NCBI GenBank assembly: GCA_963422645.2
Contig: CAXXVO010000009.1
Location: 224,001-288,000 of the forward strand
Source of the DNA: Alphaproteobacteria bacterium
GTDB lineage: Bacteria; Pseudomonadota; Alphaproteobacteria; UBA828
Direction of reading: 5' to 3'
DNA: 64,000 bases
A program made the position numbers and the translations under genes. Numbering within the stretch: position 1 is the stretch's first letter; each line of letters begins with the position of its first letter. Below the pieces are notes generated by a model. It saw nothing but the letters and a program-made list of their open reading frames with translations. It was not told where the DNA came from and made no database searches. Positions 54,197 through 64,000 of this stretch are shown one piece after another.

Positions 54197-55117
54197 ATGG
54201 CCGCACCCACCTATCACGCCGAGCACGGCACGCTCCTGGAGCGCTTCTTCGAGCGCAACCGCGGGCCGCTTCTGGTCGCGCCGGCGCTCGCCGTGCTGTT
54301 CATCATGAACCTATTTCCGCTGCTCTGGTCGTTCGGCCTGAGCTTCTATCGGTATCGCGCGAACCGCATCAAAGAGCCCGAATTCGTTTGGTTTAAGAAT
54401 TACCAGAAGGTGCTGACCGACCCGGTGGTCTGGGAGCGCTACCAGACGACGGCCATCGTGGTCGCGGTCGACGTGCTGTTGCAGCTCGTGGTGGGCTTCC
54501 TGCTGGCGCTCCTCTTCGAGAAGACCTTCCCCGGCCGCCGCGTGCTCCTGATGTTGGTGCTGACACCGATGATGCTGAGCTTCGTCGCGGTCGGCGCGTT
54601 CTTTCGCTACTACTACGAGCCGACCTTCGGGCTGCTGAGCCAGGCGATCAAGTCGATCACCGGCGAGCCCTTCATCCTGCTGGGCTCCGAGGTGGGCGCG
54701 CTCGCCGGCATCATCTTCGCCGACGTCTGGATGTGGTCGCCCTTCGTGATGCTGCTGGTGCTCGCCGGCCTCGTCAGCGTGCCGAAGCATCTCTACGAGG
54801 CCGCCGAGATCGACCGCGCCTCCTGGTGGCGGCGCTTCTGGACGATCACCTTCCCCTACATCCGGGGCCTGCTGCTGCTGGCGATCCTCTTCCGCACCAT
54901 CGAGGCGTTCAAGCTCTTCGACATCGTGTTCCTGATCACCGAGGGCGGGCCGGGCACCTCGACGGAGACCATCGCGGTCTACGTCTATCGGGTGGCCTTC
55001 CAGTACTTCAAGACGAGCCAATCGGCGGCGCTCGGCTATATCCTGCTCTTCGTGGTCATCGTGCTGACCAACCTCTATCTCTTCTTCGTCAGACGACGGG
55101 CGGAAGAGGACGCTTAG
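54197..55117 (+). CDS. CUT1 ABC transporter permease
   Basis: LYEAAEID EAA motif; TEGGPG. Confidence 0.93.
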   Translation: MAAPTYHAEHGTLLERFFERNRGPLLVAPALAVLFIMNLFPLLWSFGLSFYRYRANRIKEPEFVWFKNYQKVLTDPVVWERYQTTAIVVAVDVLLQLVVGFLLALLFEKTFPGRRVLLMLVLTPMMLSFVAVGAFFRYYYEPTFGLLSQAIKSITGEPFILLGSEVGALAGIIFADVWMWSPFVMLLVLAGLVSVPKHLYEAAEIDRASWWRRFWTITFPYIRGLLLLAILFRTIEAFKLFDIVFLITEGGPGTSTETIAVYVYRVAFQYFKTSQSAALGYILLFVVIVLTNLYLFFVRRRAEEDA

Positions 55118-55120
55118 GCC

Positions 55121-55990
55121 ATGGCCCGTAGACGACGTGAAATAGGCAAGGCAGGCTGGCGCCGGACCGCGGTCTCGACGGTGATCAGCTTCATCTACTT
55201 CTTCCCGGTGCTGTGGATCATCCTGACCGCGTTCAAGAGCCACACGGACGCCCTCTCCACCCCGCCCAAGTTCATCTTCACGCCGACGCTGGAGAATTTT
55301 TCCAACGTCTTCTCCCGCGCCTACGAGCGCGGCGGCGCGGAGGTGGACACCGGCTTCGCTCTCTTCTTCTTCAATAGCGTCTTCATCGCGGGCGCCTCGG
55401 TCGCGGTCGCGCTGATCATCGGCACGGTCGCGGCCTACGGCTTCTCGCGCTGGCCGCTCAAGGGCAACGAGACCTACCTCTTCATCATCCTCACGACCCG
55501 GATGCTGCCGCCGATCATCGTCATCATCCCGATCTTCATCATGTTCCGGGTGAGCGGGCTGTCGGGCAGCTACATCGGCATCATCCTGCTTTACGCCGCC
55601 TTCAACCTGCCCTTCACCATCTGGATGATGAAGAGCTTCTTCGACGAAATACCGCGCGAGGTGGAAGACGCGGCGCGAATGGACGGCAGCTCGGAGATGA
55701 AGATCTTCTTCCGAATATGCCTGCCGCAGGTGAAGGCCGGCATCGCGGCGACCGCCGTCTTCGGCCTGATCCTGACCTGGAACGAGTTCCTCTTCGCTCT
55801 GCTGCTCACCGGGCGTGACACGCGAACGGTGCCGGTCGCCATGGCGCAGACCATCGGCGGCGATATCGGCGTGCGCTGGGGGCTGCTGGCGGCGATCGAG
55901 ACGCTCTTCCTGATCCCTGTGGTGTTCGTGACCTTCCTGCTGCAGAACCAGCTGCTGCGCGGCGTCACCTTCGGCACCATCAGGCGGTAG
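55121..55990 (+). CDS. CUT1 ABC transporter permease
   Basis: EDAARMDG, WNEFLFAL. Confidence 0.93.
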   Translation: MARRRREIGKAGWRRTAVSTVISFIYFFPVLWIILTAFKSHTDALSTPPKFIFTPTLENFSNVFSRAYERGGAEVDTGFALFFFNSVFIAGASVAVALIIGTVAAYGFSRWPLKGNETYLFIILTTRMLPPIIVIIPIFIMFRVSGLSGSYIGIILLYAAFNLPFTIWMMKSFFDEIPREVEDAARMDGSSEMKIFFRICLPQVKAGIAATAVFGLILTWNEFLFALLLTGRDTRTVPVAMAQTIGGDIGVRWGLLAAIETLFLIPVVFVTFLLQNQLLRGVTFGTIRR

Positions 55991-55997
55991 CGGGCCC

Positions 55998-57097
55998 ATG
56001 GCCGACATCGAGCTGCGCAACCTGAGCAAGCACTTCGGAACGCTCGCCGCGGTCGACGACATCGACCTCGACGTGGAAGCCGGCGAGGTGGTGTGCCTGC
56101 TCGGCCCATCCGGCTGCGGCAAGACCACGACGCTGCGCATGATCGCGGGCCTCGAGGACACGACGGCGGGCGATATCTTCATCGCCGGCACGCGGGTCAA
56201 TGACCTCGCGCCCCGCGAGCGAGACATCGCCATGGTGTTCCAGTTCTACGCCCTCTACCCCAGCCTGACGGTGGCGGAGAACCTGGCCTTCCCGCTCCAC
56301 GCCGAGAAGATCACCACTGAGGAGATCGACCGGCGGGTGCGCGAGATCGCGGCCCTTCTCGACCTCTCCCATGCGCTGAACCGCGTCCCCGGCCGGCTTG
56401 CGGAGGGCGAGAAGCAGCGCGTCGCGGTGGGGCGTGCCGTCATCCGCGACCCGCAGTGCTTCCTTTTCGACGAGCCCTTGAGCCGCCTGGACATTACCGT
56501 GCGCCAGGAGATGCGCGGGCAGATCAAGCAGCTTCTCAACGGCCTGCACAAGGCGACGGTGATCGTGACCCACGACCAGATCGAGGCGCTCACCATCGCC
56601 GACCGGATCGCGGTCATGCGCGACGGCATCATCGAGCAGGTGGCCAGTCCTCACGACATCTTCGCCAAACCCGCCAACGTCTTCGTCGCGGGCTTCATCG
56701 GCACGCCGCAGATGAACCTGGTGGAGGCCAAGGTCATCGATGCCGATGAGGATAGGGCGAGCGTGAATACGCTAGGGCAGGAGGTGCTCCTGCCATTACA
56801 CGCAGAGGTCTCCCTGCAGGGCACCGTTGCGCGGCGCAACGCCCCGCTCACCGTGGGCGTGCGCCCGCGCGGGCTCGCGCCGGCGCCCGAGGCGGGCCCC
56901 ACCACGATCTCCGGCCAGATCGATCTGATCGAGCCGATGGGGGCCGAGACCTGATCCATCTCCGCATCGGCGAGAAAGACCTGCGCGTCGTGACCAGCCG
57001 GGGACACCCGGCCGCGATCGGCGAGACCATGCACGTGGCGCCAACGCCGGGGCAGGTTCACATCTTCGACCACGACGGCGTGAGGATCGCGTCATGA
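55998..57097 (+). pseudogene. CUT1 ABC ATP-binding protein with a 1-nt frameshift near 56951 (real or sequencing error)
   Basis: GPSGCGKT; ORF stops at EPMGAET, and the -1 frame continues LIHLRIG...HIFDHDGVRIAS to TGA 57097. Confidence 0.8.
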
Positions 57098-57423
57098 CCG
57101 ACGCGCAGGTGGAGCCCCAGGAAACTCCGGCGGAGGAGAAGCCGGCACCGCGCAACATGTCCCGCCGCACGGCGCGCCTGATCGTGCTCGCGATCATCGC
57201 GCTCTGCCTGCTCGCAATCGTCTTCATCTTCCAGCCTGTGTACCAGCCGCTCTATACGGCTGGCTGCATCATGGTGGTGGCCGGCGGCCTGCTCTTCAAT
57301 CTCGTGCCCTTCGCCAACACCCAGAACCCGGTGCGCCGCGTCTTGCGGGTTGCCGCCATCGTCGGCGCCATCCTGCTCGTCGCCGTTCTGGTCGCCATCG
57401 GCTTCGTCGAAATCCTGCTCTAG
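57094..57423 (+). CDS. Small membrane protein (3 predicted TM segments)
   Basis: Hydrophobic stretches; ATGA overlap with the repaired ATPase frame. Confidence 0.75.
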   Translation: MTDAQVEPQETPAEEKPAPRNMSRRTARLIVLAIIALCLLAIVFIFQPVYQPLYTAGCIMVVAGGLLFNLVPFANTQNPVRRVLRVAAIVGAILLVAVLVAIGFVEILL

Positions 57424-57448
57424 CATCGGCACGCGGGAGCGGCACACG

Positions 57449-57913
57449 ATGACGAGAGACGACTACGTGGACCTGGTGGAGCGGCGCTACTTCGGGAATG
57501 TCGTGCAGGCCGACATCCCGGCTGTGGTCGCCTGCTTTACGGACGACGCTTCGGTCACGATCTATCACGGCGATGCTGCGCCGCGCTTCTTCAAGGCGCA
57601 GCCCAGCGCCGGTGAGACGCCGCTGCCGCGCTTCTTCGAGCATCTGCTCGCGAACTACGAGCCCCGGTTCACCGAGTTCGTCCACTACGTGGATGTGCCC
57701 AACGAGCGCTGCGCCGCGATGTTTCTCGTGACGCTGACGCCGAAGCCCGACTCAGCCTACAGCGACGCCGGCGTGCAGCGGCTGCGCAACTGCAACTTCT
57801 TCCGCTGCCGGGACGGTCTCATCCACGAGATGACCATCTACTACAGCAATCCCGGCAGCGCAGGCAGCGCAGACGCCCGCGGCTCCCGCCCCACCGGCTT
57901 CCCCCAGGCCTGA
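57449..57913 (+). CDS. NTF2/SnoaL-like protein
   Basis: YFGNV...VVACFTDDA, NCNFF...DGLIHEMTIY. Confidence 0.78.
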   Translation: MTRDDYVDLVERRYFGNVVQADIPAVVACFTDDASVTIYHGDAAPRFFKAQPSAGETPLPRFFEHLLANYEPRFTEFVHYVDVPNERCAAMFLVTLTPKPDSAYSDAGVQRLRNCNFFRCRDGLIHEMTIYYSNPGSAGSADARGSRPTGFPQA

Positions 57914-58071
57914 CCCGCTCAGCGCTTGCACCATGGTGCGAGGCACGGCGCGAACCTCCCGTGCCACGATCGTGCCATGCCGTTCTCGAACAAACACACC
58001 GGCGCATGCAGAAGGGGAGCAAGCAGGCGGCAGGCCCTCACCGCGCGCGACCGATCCGGCCCGCGCGCTCG

Positions 58072-58128
58072 CTTATCCCACTTATCCCACTTACATCCCA
58101 CTTATCCCACTTACATCCCACTTATCCC
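58072..58128. repeat. Tandem 9/11-bp repeat CTTA(CA)TCCCA, six units
   Basis: Units start at 58072, 58081, 58090, 58101, 58110 and 58121. Confidence 0.9.
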
Positions 58129-58252
58129 GGGAATCCCACATTAAAATTTTGTAACTGCCCAGGTCTGATTCTGCCGAGCACTCGGACGTGATGGATTGAT
58201 GGTTCTGACCAGCCAGGGGTCAGGCGGCGCTTTCCCGGAGCAGCGCAGGATT

Positions 58253-59794
58253 TCAGAAGCGCAATACGGGGATCAGCTGGATTGGATCGGGGTGCGCCAG
58301 GGTTTCGAGGACATTCCAGCGCTGTTTTCGAGCGGTGGCGATGACGGATCGCAGGTTTGCGAAGTCGCGGGCGCCTTGTATCGAGCGGAAGCCGCCTGAG
58401 ATTTTCTGGCGCAGCTTGCCCATTCGGAGGTCGCGCTCGGCCTCGTTGTTGGAGAAGGGGGTTCGCGGATCGGTGAGGAAGCGCAGGCACCCCTCCTTGT
58501 ACTTCTGGAGTCGGAGGGCGAGGTTGTGACCGATGCGGCGCTTTTGTCGTCCGCGCTTTCCGGTCTGGAGCGGTGGCATTTCTTCGTGAGAGGCGATGGC
58601 ACGTTCGAGGATGCGGTCCCAGGCTCGCGAGATGCGGGCCACCAGTGAGGCGGGCACGTCGCGGTCGTTCTTGTGGGCGAAGCGGGCGGCTCTGTTGGCA
58701 CGGATGAGGAGCCGGTGCGTGCTCGTTGCCCAGTCTTCCTTCTCGATCTCGATGAGGGCTTGGAGCTCGCGCAGGTGATGGGCGTTGCAGGCCCCGTGGC
58801 GCACGCCCTCGAGAGCGAAGTAGGTGGCGTAGTCGTCATGGATGACGATGCCGTTGAGCTTCTCGTCGATGTGGCTGCGCCCGGTGGCGACGCGCAGGAT
58901 GGTGAGCAACGGGGTGCACAGCACATGGAGCCAATGGGTCCGGGCGGCGATGCGGATGCCGGTCTCGTCGAGGTGTTTGACTGGGGCTGCGGTGCGGATG
59001 ATCTCCGCGAGGCGATCGAGGAAGCCCTCGAAGCGCCGGGCGGTGCGCCTTCCCATGGCGACGATGGTGGCTGTTGAGAGCTTGACCGCGAAGAGGTCGC
59101 TCATGACCTCGGCGACCCGCTTCTCGGGAATGAACTGAGCGTGCAGCAGGTAGGTCACCCACGCGGTGATGCGCGGCCCGTATTGGACCGGTGCGCTCAC
59201 GCCGTTCGGGAAGACGGCTGTCGTCACGGTGCCGCAGGCAGCGCAGAGGCAACGATGGCCGCGATGTTCGGTGACCTCGAGGGGCTGCGGCTCGGGCACA
59301 TCGAAGACCTGCCGGCAGACGGGGGCTCCGTGACGGTCAGCGTCCGACAGCGGCGCGCCGCAGCCCTCACAGGCGGACGGATCATGATCGACGACATGGT
59401 CGGGCGTCGCGGTCCGCTCCAGGGTAGTTCCCTTGTGGCCCGGCTGGCCGCCACTGGGCCTGTCGGACTTGCCGCGCTGGCTCCGGGTGCGCTTCTCCCG
59501 GTCACCGCTCTTCTTCTTCAGACCGTCGCTGGCCGGCGGCTTGGAGCTGGTGGTGCTGTCGAGCGCGGCGCTGCGCTCGAGTTCGGCGATCCGCTCGCGC
59601 AAGCGGGCGTTCTCCCGCTCCAGCGCGTCGTTCTCCTTGACCAGGGCCGCGCTCAGGCGCAGCAACCCCTGGCCCCATTCCCGAATGGCTTTGACGGCGG
59701 TCATTGCGAAGGATTGTGGGGTGAAAAGGTCCTGCAGGCACGCGAAGGCCTCGTCGTGGGCAGCGAGGTCCTCGTGCCAGCGCGACACTGTCAC
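58253..59794 (-). CDS. IS66-family DDE transposase
   Basis: Protein identical to 1491-3032. Confidence 0.95.
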   Translation of the reverse strand: MTVSRWHEDLAAHDEAFACLQDLFTPQSFAMTAVKAIREWGQGLLRLSAALVKENDALERENARLRERIAELERSAALDSTTSSKPPASDGLKKKSGDREKRTRSQRGKSDRPSGGQPGHKGTTLERTATPDHVVDHDPSACEGCGAPLSDADRHGAPVCRQVFDVPEPQPLEVTEHRGHRCLCAACGTVTTAVFPNGVSAPVQYGPRITAWVTYLLHAQFIPEKRVAEVMSDLFAVKLSTATIVAMGRRTARRFEGFLDRLAEIIRTAAPVKHLDETGIRIAARTHWLHVLCTPLLTILRVATGRSHIDEKLNGIVIHDDYATYFALEGVRHGACNAHHLRELQALIEIEKEDWATSTHRLLIRANRAARFAHKNDRDVPASLVARISRAWDRILERAIASHEEMPPLQTGKRGRQKRRIGHNLALRLQKYKEGCLRFLTDPRTPFSNNEAERDLRMGKLRQKISGGFRSIQGARDFANLRSVIATARKQRWNVLETLAHPDPIQLIPVLRF

Positions 59795-60459
59795 GAACCC
59801 TCGTCGGCCTCGACGGCCATGATCGCGGCCAGCACCGCCAGGCGTTCGCCCGCCGGCATGGCCTCGTAGCGCCGGCCCCAGTTGGCCGCCTTGCGCTTGA
59901 TGCACTGGCGCTCGGTGAAGTTCCGGCCGGCGAAGCTCGCCCAGTGCACCCGGTCAGGCGCGAAGTTGAACCACACGACCTCGGTCCGCACCTGGGCCTG
60001 GGTCGTCACCTGCAGCGCCAGCCGGCGCCAGCCCGCCAGCAGCTCGTCATAGAGCGCAGACGGGTGGCCCGAGACCATCACCTGGCAGGGCAGACCCTTG
60101 AGCAGTTCGAGGAGCGCGACGTGGTCGGCCTCCTCGTACTCGAAGCGGTAGCGCTGCGACGAACGCCGGGTCGCGTGCAGATAGGGCGGATCGCTGTAGA
60201 CCAGCTCCGGGCCCAGAAACGGGAACGAGGCCAGGAAGGAATGGGCGCAGCCGTGCACCAACTCCACCGGGTAGTCGCAGCCAAAGGCCTCAAGCGCCCG
60301 CTCGTCGCGGTCGATCCCGATCGAGCGCATGGCCGCAGGCTTGCGCTTCATCAGCGCCCCGCCCCCAAGATGGCTCTCGATATAGACAGAGTGCCGCGGC
60401 ATCAGCGCAATCAGCGCCTGGCTCAGACCGGTCGTCGCCTTCGACCCGAAATACCCCAC
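59791..60459 (-). CDS. Dam-like N6-adenine DNA methyltransferase
   Basis: As copy 2 but VHG instead of VPG. Confidence 0.88.
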   Translation of the reverse strand: MGYFGSKATTGLSQALIALMPRHSVYIESHLGGGALMKRKPAAMRSIGIDRDERALEAFGCDYPVELVHGCAHSFLASFPFLGPELVYSDPPYLHATRRSSQRYRFEYEEADHVALLELLKGLPCQVMVSGHPSALYDELLAGWRRLALQVTTQAQVRTEVVWFNFAPDRVHWASFAGRNFTERQCIKRKAANWGRRYEAMPAGERLAVLAAIMAVEADEGS

Positions 60460-60704
60460 CGGCTGCTCCTCTCATGCGAGAGTGCAACCCATAGGCGAGA
60501 TAACCTATACAGTCAAGCGGGGATCAACGACGCGCCGACGGCGAAACGGCACCGACGGCAAGCAACATCAGCACGCACTCAGAACTGGCGGCGGGGTACC
60601 TGGGTAGTTACAAAATTTTCTTGTCTCGTCCCGCGTCGTGTTCCGTCACCGGGTGCTCGTTGCGCGTGCTCGGGCCCGGCGCTACAGTTCTCACTGTCGA
60701 CGCG

Positions 60705-60838
60705 GCCCTCCGGGCCGAGCGACCGCCCGAACGACGGAACGGTCGGTCCTTGTCGGCGACGGTCGAGGCGCCGTGGAGGTGCGGGTGCGCTCGCTCCAGT
60801 CGGAACCAGCCTCACACACTGCAGGTTGAGGAGGAGGC
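60705..60838 (+). promoter_or_regulatory. Structured leader of modA, candidate Moco RNA motif
   Basis: CCTCC (60707-60711) can pair with the GGAGG RBS; GACCG/CGGTC and CCTCA/TGAGG stems. Confidence 0.3.
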
Positions 60839-61672
60839 GTGAGCCCCGCGGGGTCCGCGACGCGCGACGTGTGGCATGCAAGTGGCGACCGGCAACCGCG
60901 CCGGTCGGCGACACTCCGGACGCTTGGGCTGGTGTTCGCCAGTCTCCTCGCCTGTTGCTGGGCCGGGCCCGCAGCTGCCGAGCGGGTGATCGTGCTCGCG
61001 GCCGCGAGCACCGCGCACGTGATCGACGCGCTAATCGGGCAGTTCGAGGCGGGGCCTGGCGACAGTGTCGTGGCCTCCTACGCCGGAACCTCAGCACTCG
61101 CGCGCCAGATCGAGAGCGGCGCCCCGGCCGAAATCTTCCTCGCGGCCAATGCGGCGTGGATGGACTACGTGGACGCGCAAGGTCTGATCGAGCCCGGCAG
61201 CCGGCAGGTGCTCGCCGGCAATCGCCTGGTGTTCGTCACCGGTGACGCCAACATGGCGCCCTTCGAACCCTCGGCGGCGCTCGATTTTTCTGCATTGCTG
61301 AGCGGCGGGCGGCTGGCCATCGGCAACCCCGACCATGTACCGGCCGGCATCTACGCGCGCCAGGCGCTGGAAGCGCTGGGCCTCTGGCGCGACGTGCGGA
61401 GCCAGCTTGCGCCGGCGGCCGACGTGCGGGCGGCACTCGCGCTGGTGGCCAGGGGAGAGGCGCCGCTCGGAATCGTCTACGCCACCGATTCCGCCCGCAT
61501 CGAAGGCGTGCATGTGGTGGGAACGATCCCGGCGTCGCTGCATGAGCCCATCGTGTATCCGATGGCCCTCATCGCGGGCCGCGTCTCGCCGCTGGTGACG
61601 CGCTTCTTCGAATTTCTCGCGGGGCCGGAGGGCCGGGCGGCCTTCGCCCGCGCCGGCTTCATCGTCGACTGA
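60839..61672 (+). CDS. modA: Molybdate ABC transporter substrate-binding protein
   Basis: AAAS, LARQIESGAPA, VPAGIYA, DVRAAL, GIVYATD. Confidence 0.95.
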   Translation: MSPAGSATRDVWHASGDRQPRRSATLRTLGLVFASLLACCWAGPAAAERVIVLAAASTAHVIDALIGQFEAGPGDSVVASYAGTSALARQIESGAPAEIFLAANAAWMDYVDAQGLIEPGSRQVLAGNRLVFVTGDANMAPFEPSAALDFSALLSGGRLAIGNPDHVPAGIYARQALEALGLWRDVRSQLAPAADVRAALALVARGEAPLGIVYATDSARIEGVHVVGTIPASLHEPIVYPMALIAGRVSPLVTRFFEFLAGPEGRAAFARAGFIVD

Positions 61673-61684
61673 AAGACCGGGTGG

Positions 61685-62374
61685 ATGGCGCTGACTCCAC
61701 TGGAGGTCGAGGCGATCAGGCTCAGCCTGCGGGTGGCGGGCTGGGCGGTTCTGATCAGCCTGCCTCTCGGCATCGCTGTCGCCTGGCTGCTCGCGCGCTA
61801 TCGCTTCCCCGGCCGAGAGATCCTCAATGGCCTGGTCCACCTGCCGCTGGTGCTGCCGCCGGTGGTGGTGGGCTTCGTGCTGCTGCTGCTGCTCGGCAAG
61901 CGCGGACCGCTCGGCGCCTGGCTCGACGACTGGTTCGGCATCACTCTCGCCTTTACCTGGCAGGGCGCGGCGGTGGCCTCGGCCGTGGTCTCTTTCCCGC
62001 TCATGGTCCGCGCGATCCGGCTCTCGATCGAGGGTATGGACCGGCGGCTGGAGACCGCCGCACGAACGCTGGGCGCCCCGCCGGTCTGGGTGTTCGCGAC
62101 CATCAGCCTGCCGCACATCGCGCCTGGCATTCTGACCGGTGTCATCCTCGCTTTCGCCCGCTGCCTCGGCGAGTTCGGCGCGACCATCACCTTCGTTTCC
62201 AACATTCCCGGAGAGACCCGAACCCTGCCGCTCGCGCTCTACACTTATACCCAGGTGCCGAGCGGCCTGGACGGCGCCTTTCGCCTGATGGTGATCGCCA
62301 TCGTCATCGCCTTTGCCGCACTGATCGGCTCCGAATTTCTGGCGCGCATCGTCAAGCGCCGGCTGGAGGGGTGA
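61685..62374 (+). CDS. modB: Molybdate ABC transporter permease
   Basis: HLPLVLPPVVVG, GEFGAT, NIPGETRT. Confidence 0.96.
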   Translation: MALTPLEVEAIRLSLRVAGWAVLISLPLGIAVAWLLARYRFPGREILNGLVHLPLVLPPVVVGFVLLLLLGKRGPLGAWLDDWFGITLAFTWQGAAVASAVVSFPLMVRAIRLSIEGMDRRLETAARTLGAPPVWVFATISLPHIAPGILTGVILAFARCLGEFGATITFVSNIPGETRTLPLALYTYTQVPSGLDGAFRLMVIAIVIAFAALIGSEFLARIVKRRLEG

Positions 62375-63477
62375 TGCTGGCGGTCCAGGCGCGACTCACC
62401 CGGGGCGAATTCACGCTCGATGCATCCTTCGGCGCCGAGGCCGACGGCGTCGTCGCGCTCTTCGGCGCCTCGGGTGCCGGCAAGACCACGCTTGCGGACG
62501 CCATCGCTGGCCTCGTGCGGCCCGAGGCGGGACGGATCGCGCTCGAAGACCGCGTGCTCTTCGATGCGGAGGCCGGGATCGACCTCAAGCCGGAGCGCCG
62601 CCGGATCGGCTACGTGTTTCAGGACGGCCGCCTCTTCCCCCTCCTCAGCGTGCGCCACAACCTGCTCTACGGGCACCGCTTCGCGCCGCGCGACGGGCGT
62701 TATGCGACGCTGGAGAGGATCGTGACGCTGCTCGGCCTGGAGACGCTGCTGCAGCGCCGGCCAGGCACCCTCTCCGGCGGCGAGCGCCAGCGCGTGGCGC
62801 TCGGCCGGGCTCTCATGGCCCAACCGGAGCTCCTGCTCATGGACGAGCCACTGGCCGCGCTCGACGTGCCCCGCAAGGCGCAAGTCATCGACTACATCGA
62901 GCGGCTGCGCGACGAGATCGGCGTGCCCATCGTCTTCGTCAGCCATGCGGTCGACGAGGTGGCGCGGCTCGCGGGAACCATCGTGGTCATGGCCGGCGGC
63001 AGGGTCGCAGCGGCGGGCCCTGCCGCGGAGGTCATGGCCAGACTCGATCTCGACCCGCTGGCAGGGATCGAAGCGGCCGGCGCGGTGCTGGACGCCACCG
63101 TTCAGAGCCACGACGCGGCTTACGGGCTCACCGAGCTCGCGGTACCGGGCGGCACCCTGCGCGTGCCGCGCCTCAGGCTTGCTCCGGGACGCCGCCTCAG
63201 GGTCCGCGTGCGGGCGCGCGACGTCTCGCTGGCGACTGCGGAGCCGCGCGAGACCAGCGTCCTCAACGTCTTCCGCGGCCGGGTTGTCGAGATCGGACCG
63301 CGCCGAGGCGCCTCGGTCGACGTGGCGGTCGACATCGGCGCCCGGCTGACGGCGCGTATCACGGCTCGCTCCGCCGATACACTCGGCCTTGCCCCCGGCA
63401 GCCAAGTCTACGCGCTGGTCAAGAGCGTCGCGGTCGATCCGGCCTCGCTGGTGCAGGCTGAGCAGGACGGCTCCTGA
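62374..63477 (+). CDS. modC: Molybdate ABC transporter ATP-binding protein
   Basis: GASGAGKT, LSGGERQR, C-terminal TOBE/Mop ITARS...VKSV. Confidence 0.95.
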   Translation: MLAVQARLTRGEFTLDASFGAEADGVVALFGASGAGKTTLADAIAGLVRPEAGRIALEDRVLFDAEAGIDLKPERRRIGYVFQDGRLFPLLSVRHNLLYGHRFAPRDGRYATLERIVTLLGLETLLQRRPGTLSGGERQRVALGRALMAQPELLLMDEPLAALDVPRKAQVIDYIERLRDEIGVPIVFVSHAVDEVARLAGTIVVMAGGRVAAAGPAAEVMARLDLDPLAGIEAAGAVLDATVQSHDAAYGLTELAVPGGTLRVPRLRLAPGRRLRVRVRARDVSLATAEPRETSVLNVFRGRVVEIGPRRGASVDVAVDIGARLTARITARSADTLGLAPGSQVYALVKSVAVDPASLVQAEQDGS

Positions 63478-63808
63478 CCCGTGGGCGCTGGGGACTCGGA
63501 AGCGTCAGCCCCAGGCCTCACCCGCAGCGGGCTCTCGCACCTGGCGTAGGGGGCGGCAGGCAAGGCCAGTTGGAGCTCGCGGGAGGCACCGCTGTCTATG
63601 CCGGTCTGAAAGGAAGCTGTGCCTACGAGACCAGCTGTCTGGCGAACGATCAGGTCGTAACGACCACGGATTGCACCTGGCAGAGCGATTGATTGTCAGG
63701 GGACGAAGCATTCCACTCGTGTCGACGAGGGCGCCTGCGCGCGGGCTTGCGTAGGGCCCGCCAACCTGCAACGCTTCGCCGCGGCTATTCCTTGCAGTGG
63801 AGGTGGCT

Positions 63809-64000
63809 ATGGGCGCGGCAACGCCAACCGTGCTAATCGACAACGAGCGCGTGCGCGTCACCGAGTGGCGCTTCAAGCCCGGCGAGGCGACGGGTTGGCA
63901 CCGGCACGAATACGACTACGTGGTGGTGCCGGTGACGACCGGACACCTCCACCTCAAGGAGCCCGACGGCGAGCGCACGGTCCAAATTGTCCACGGCTCG
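63809..64000 (+). CDS. Cupin-domain protein (partial, runs off window end)
   Basis: GGAGG RBS; IDNERVRVTEWRF...GWHRHEYDYVVVP. Confidence 0.85.
   Translation, partial: MGAATPTVLIDNERVRVTEWRFKPGEATGWHRHEYDYVVVPVTTGHLHLKEPDGERTVQIVHGS

Larger units (their letters stand above)
58151..60611 (-). mobile_element. Complete IS66-family element carrying an adenine methyltransferase (copy 4, 2461 bp)
   Basis: Same TIRs; 8-bp target duplication AAAATTTT at 58143-58150 and 60612-60619. Confidence 0.96.

Noticed and set aside
58072-58128. CRISPR array
   Set aside because: Units are 9-11 bp with no spacers, and no cas genes are visible.
63480-63800. Possible ncRNA or small gene after modC
   Set aside because: No recognisable motif, convincing ORF or clear structure by eye.

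Overview
High-GC bacterial window, probably alphaproteobacterial (inferred from secA-argJ-mutT synteny and form II cox-like genes). The backbone is housekeeping and catabolic: msrB, a barbiturase-type amidohydrolase, dehydrogenases, three tandem molybdenum-hydroxylase gene sets, tRNA-Pro(CGG), mutT, argJ, secA, infA, a CUT1 ABC transporter and modABC. It is heavily invaded by mobile DNA. The main signal is a 2461-bp IS66-family element in which a compact Dam-like N6-adenine methyltransferase gene is translationally coupled (GTGA overlap) to the transposase, in place of tnpA/tnpB. It occurs four times: two complete copies with 8-bp target duplications, one truncated copy and one diverged relative cut by the window edge. 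One copy splits a LysR gene. A second, Mu/Tn7/IS21-like element (Cys-rich protein, DDE transposase, ExeA-like ATPase, truncated RecA-like ATPase) has a TGT end with tandem 21-bp sites, truncates a Mo-hydroxylase large subunit gene, and contains a phage-tail-like fragment plus a QueC-like gene. All family assignments come from motif recognition by eye; no searches were run.
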